A stretch of DNA of 64,000 nucleotides from Candidatus Bathyarchaeia archaeon (GTDB lineage Archaea > Thermoproteota > Bathyarchaeia > 40CM-2-53-6), in the NCBI GenBank assembly GCA_050013255.1, contig JBEKFP010000002.1, forward strand, positions 224,001 to 288,000, in the 5' to 3' direction. Below are positions 61,289 through 64,000 of this stretch, piece by piece; positions within the stretch are counted from its first letter, which is position 1, and every line of letters begins with the position of its first letter. A program made the translations under genes and the position numbers. The notes under the pieces were generated by a model. That model saw only the letters and a list, made by a program, of their open reading frames with translations. It made no database searches and was not told the origin of the DNA.

Positions 61289-61735
61289 TCAGAAGATTTC
61301 TAACGTACTGTTCCAAGAACTAGTCTCGATCGTTGCAGTATTATTGAACCAAGACTGGTAGAAAATACTAAACGAATAATCACCGGAGGGTACGTTGTAG
61401 ATGATCGGCGAAATGCTCAGGTAGTATTCTCCGTCTTTAGTGAAATTAGCGGTGAGATTGCACTGTCGGTCCACTAACGGAACTCCGCGATCTCTTAGCG
61501 TCACATTCATTTTCATGGTAAAGGTTGCATTAGGCTGCTTTTCGCCTCTAAATGGACCGGGTCTGATAGAATAGCTAGGCAAAGATGTATTGTCGCATAG
61601 GCCTTGACTATAGTCTCTTACAGGAATGAAAGTTGCATTAACGAAGCTTGACGAGACATTCTCTGGAGAGACGGTGACGTCGAAGACGACTAGCTCAGAA
61701 GCTTTAATCGCCCACTGGAGATTGAGTGGCTTCAT
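61289..61735 (-). CDS. Hypothetical protein, extracellular-like composition, possibly 5'-truncated
   Basis: Many N-x-S/T sequons but no signal peptide. Confidence 0.45.
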   Translation of the reverse strand: MKPLNLQWAIKASELVVFDVTVSPENVSSSFVNATFIPVRDYSQGLCDNTSLPSYSIRPGPFRGEKQPNATFTMKMNVTLRDRGVPLVDRQCNLTANFTKDGEYYLSISPIIYNVPSGDYSFSIFYQSWFNNTATIETSSWNSTLEIF

Positions 61736-61741
61736 CTTCTG

Positions 61742-62185
61742 CTAGTCGTTGATGCTCTTCGCGAGGTTCGCCGAACACTTCTTCAGGGTGGCTACTGCGG
61801 CGCTCTCCTCTTCTTCGGTGATTCCCCGCATCATTTCCTTGCGCATGGCCGCCCCTATGTCCGGGACAGTCTTCCACCGCGCAGAGCCCTTGGGAGTGAG
61901 CTTCAGGTAGTTAGCGCGACGGTCTTTCTCACTGGAGGTCCTGTCCAACCATCCCTTCCTGACGAGACCATCTACGACTATGGCCATGCTTCCAGATTCT
62001 ATGCCAAGGTCCTCCTGAAACGCCTTCTGGGAGATCCGCCCCGCTCCGTTGACCTGATAGAGGACGGACCAGGAGCTCCGAGTCAGACCGAATGGTTTGA
62101 GGAGCCTGCTAATCTTGACGGTCACGTCATGGTTTATCACTTTCACCCAGTGACCGAGATACCTGACCTGAGGACTGGCTTCCAT
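61742..62185 (-). CDS. MarR family transcriptional regulator
   Basis: GLT...W.VL, L.RKGW..R.....DRR...L.LT.KG. Confidence 0.88.
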   Translation of the reverse strand: MEASPQVRYLGHWVKVINHDVTVKISRLLKPFGLTRSSWSVLYQVNGAGRISQKAFQEDLGIESGSMAIVVDGLVRKGWLDRTSSEKDRRANYLKLTPKGSARWKTVPDIGAAMRKEMMRGITEEEESAAVATLKKCSANLAKSIND

Positions 62186-62287
62186 GCAAGGCCGGTTGGT
62201 TTCTCGCCTCTATATCTAATTGCTTTACTCGAATTTACTTTATACAATGCATTTTATAGCCGCGCTAACTACCTCCTAGTCTAGAAA

Positions 62288-63139
62288 ATGAACGTCCTGG
62301 TAACGGGAGCAACTGGAAAAGTAGGCAGCAGATTAGTTCCGTCTCTGCTCAGCGGCGGTCATTCCGTACGAATACTTGTGCGAAGAACCGATGACGAAAC
62401 CGTAAGGAAGCTCAAAGCCAAAGGGGCAGAGACTTTCATCGGCGATATCATGCAGCCTGAGAGCTTGCAAGAAGCCCTTGACGGAGTCGATGCGATCGTG
62501 CACCTTGCAGCTTTCTTTCGCAGTCAAGATGCAGAAAAGATCAAAAGTGTCAATGAAATCGGCACGAAAAATATAGCCGAAGCGGCTTCGCAAATTAACA
62601 CAGGGATTCGTTTTGTTTTTTCAAGCACAAGTAATGTTTACAACAATGAGACCGCGCCTGGCCTAGAAAGTGATCTCGTTAGTCCAGCGGCTGCCTATCC
62701 CGCGAGCAAGGTAGCTTCGGAAAAACTCTTGCTTGGCATGCACGCGGCGAAACAACTTGACGTTTGCATCCTGCGCTTCGTTTTCGTATATGGCGCCGGG
62801 GATCCGCATCTACCAGAATCGATTCCGTTTTTTGAGCGGTTGAGCCTGCATCCGGCATATAGGTTGCATCTTGTACACCATTTGGATATAGCACAAGCCG
62901 TGAAGCTGGCAATGAGCGTTTCTGCCATGGGCGGTGAGATATACAACGTCGCCGATGACTCGCCGATTACTCTACAAGAGGTCATCCAACTGATGGGTCA
63001 AACCGCGAAGCTTGCAAATCCAGCGACTCCTTTGACAAACGCGTGGAGCGGCCTCGTTAGCGCTGGAAAAATTCGAAGTCTCGGATTTCGTCCGTTGGTT
63101 CCTTCTTATTACGCAGCGAGCGACCTGAATATACTGTAG
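62288..63139 (+). CDS. NAD-dependent epimerase/dehydratase (extended SDR)
   Basis: VTGATGKVG, HLAA, FSST..VY, YPASK. Confidence 0.88.
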   Translation: MNVLVTGATGKVGSRLVPSLLSGGHSVRILVRRTDDETVRKLKAKGAETFIGDIMQPESLQEALDGVDAIVHLAAFFRSQDAEKIKSVNEIGTKNIAEAASQINTGIRFVFSSTSNVYNNETAPGLESDLVSPAAAYPASKVASEKLLLGMHAAKQLDVCILRFVFVYGAGDPHLPESIPFFERLSLHPAYRLHLVHHLDIAQAVKLAMSVSAMGGEIYNVADDSPITLQEVIQLMGQTAKLANPATPLTNAWSGLVSAGKIRSLGFRPLVPSYYAASDLNIL

Positions 63140-63235
63140 TCGTCAAAATATCTCTTGCGCGATAGGGTTGCCATGCACGCGAAGTTCGAAGGAGGTCGTC
63201 AGCATCCTAGCAGAAGGTGAAAGTGGCATGTGAAG

Positions 63236-63334
63236 TCGTGTGTGTGGTATCAATGGTGCGAGCACCAGAAATTGAACTGAGGCATCTTTGTGTGTGGTAT
63301 TAATGGTGCGGCCGCCAAGAACCATGATTCAAAC
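63236..63334 (-). repeat. Tandem sites S10/S11
   Basis: GTGTGTGG-TATCAA-TGGTGCG-N9-AATTGAACT and GTGTGTGG-TATTAA-TGGTGCG-GCCGCCAAG on + strand, 50 bp apart. Confidence 0.9.
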
Positions 63335-63649
63335 GTGGTTCCCACGGTTCGGCCTAGGTCACAAATCTCAGAAGATCGTAGAATAGTAACTGCAAACATT
63401 TTTGCTTTGTTGTGGGCTCGAAATCTCATTAAAATCACGGGCATCTCAACGGCGTAGTGATCAAGACCTGAAAGAGCGGAATCTACGTTCTCATTTCTCA
63501 AACGATTTGGCTATATGCTATCTGCGAATGCCTTGAAGACCTTCTAGACAGGCCTAAACGAAAATCAAAGTGCGGAATCCGCACGTGCCTTTCTATTAGC
63601 CGCGGCAACATTCATTGAAAGTTTCCGAAAAGTGAAATGACTATAATCC

Positions 63650-64000
63650 TTACGTGTCTCTTTCCAATTCGTCCAGAAAATCGTCGAACTGAGCCTTCGC
63701 CACGCAGGAGACCCTGTCAGCTCCACCGTAATAAGTCAAAAGATCACCATCGCGAATAACTGCTCCTTCTGGGAACACAACATTTGGGACCAGACCGCGT
63801 TTTTCAAACTCCATTTCGGGTTCAAGGATGGGCTTCCTAGTCCGCGCTAGAATCTTGGCGGGTTCGTCCAAATCAAGCAGAAGTGCCCCTACACGGTAGA
63901 TTCGCTGCACATCCACGCCATGATAAATCACGAGCCATCCGCGATCCGTTTTGATGGGTGGAGGGCCGACACCAACTTTCCATTCTTCCCAACGATATTT
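63650..64000 (-). CDS. GH130-like glycosidase/phosphorylase, 5' part outside window
   Basis: YHGV...YR.GA.LLDL..P, PILEP...E..G.VPNVVFP.G, YYG.AD. Confidence 0.85.
   Translation of the reverse strand, partial: KYRWEEWKVGVGPPPIKTDRGWLVIYHGVDVQRIYRVGALLLDLDEPAKILARTRKPILEPEMEFEKRGLVPNVVFPEGAVIRDGDLLTYYGGADRVSCVAKAQFDDFLDELERDT

Noticed and set aside
55778-63334. Repeats as a CRISPR array or simple (GT)n microsatellites
   Set aside because: Spacing is irregular and gene-sized, orientation is mixed, no cas genes; GT runs are always tied to the same CGCACCA-N6 core.

Overview
Archaeal chromosomal window of the TACK type (Alba, eS26, CdvA/CdvB/CdvC, BHB-intron tRNA); a Bathyarchaeia-like origin is inferred, not proven. 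Left third: geranylgeranyl reductase, a Rieske/cytochrome b/CuA-domain/heme O synthase operon, pncB, a NapH-like polyferredoxin, a copper-homeostasis cluster (CopA, two unlisted YHS/TRASH microproteins, CcdA, redoxins, Met-rich proteins), a second GGR, ThiF plus a THUMP-less ThiI, and a tRNA-Cys(GCA) with three BHB introns followed by a 1.4-kb integrase-less islet. Middle: mntR-mntH, an ICDH/IPMDH-family enzyme, a 9.4-kb tyrosine-integrase island in tRNA-Arg(CCG) carrying cell-surface and TIR-like cargo, argS, a PMT-type glycosyltransferase, alba, a cdvB-cdvA-cdvB-cdvC-Lrp-cdvB cluster, korAB, aspA/fumC, proS, rps26e. Right end (55.8-63.3 kb): accessory genes separated by 11 copies, in both orientations, of a site CGCACCA-N6-CCACACAC whose left flank is either a degenerate tRNA 3' end (RGTTCAAWT-N9) or a GT-rich arm. 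This is the best candidate for an undescribed system: an integron/dif-module-like gene-cassette array built on tRNA-derived recombination sites. All product calls come from motif recognition by eye; no database searches were run.
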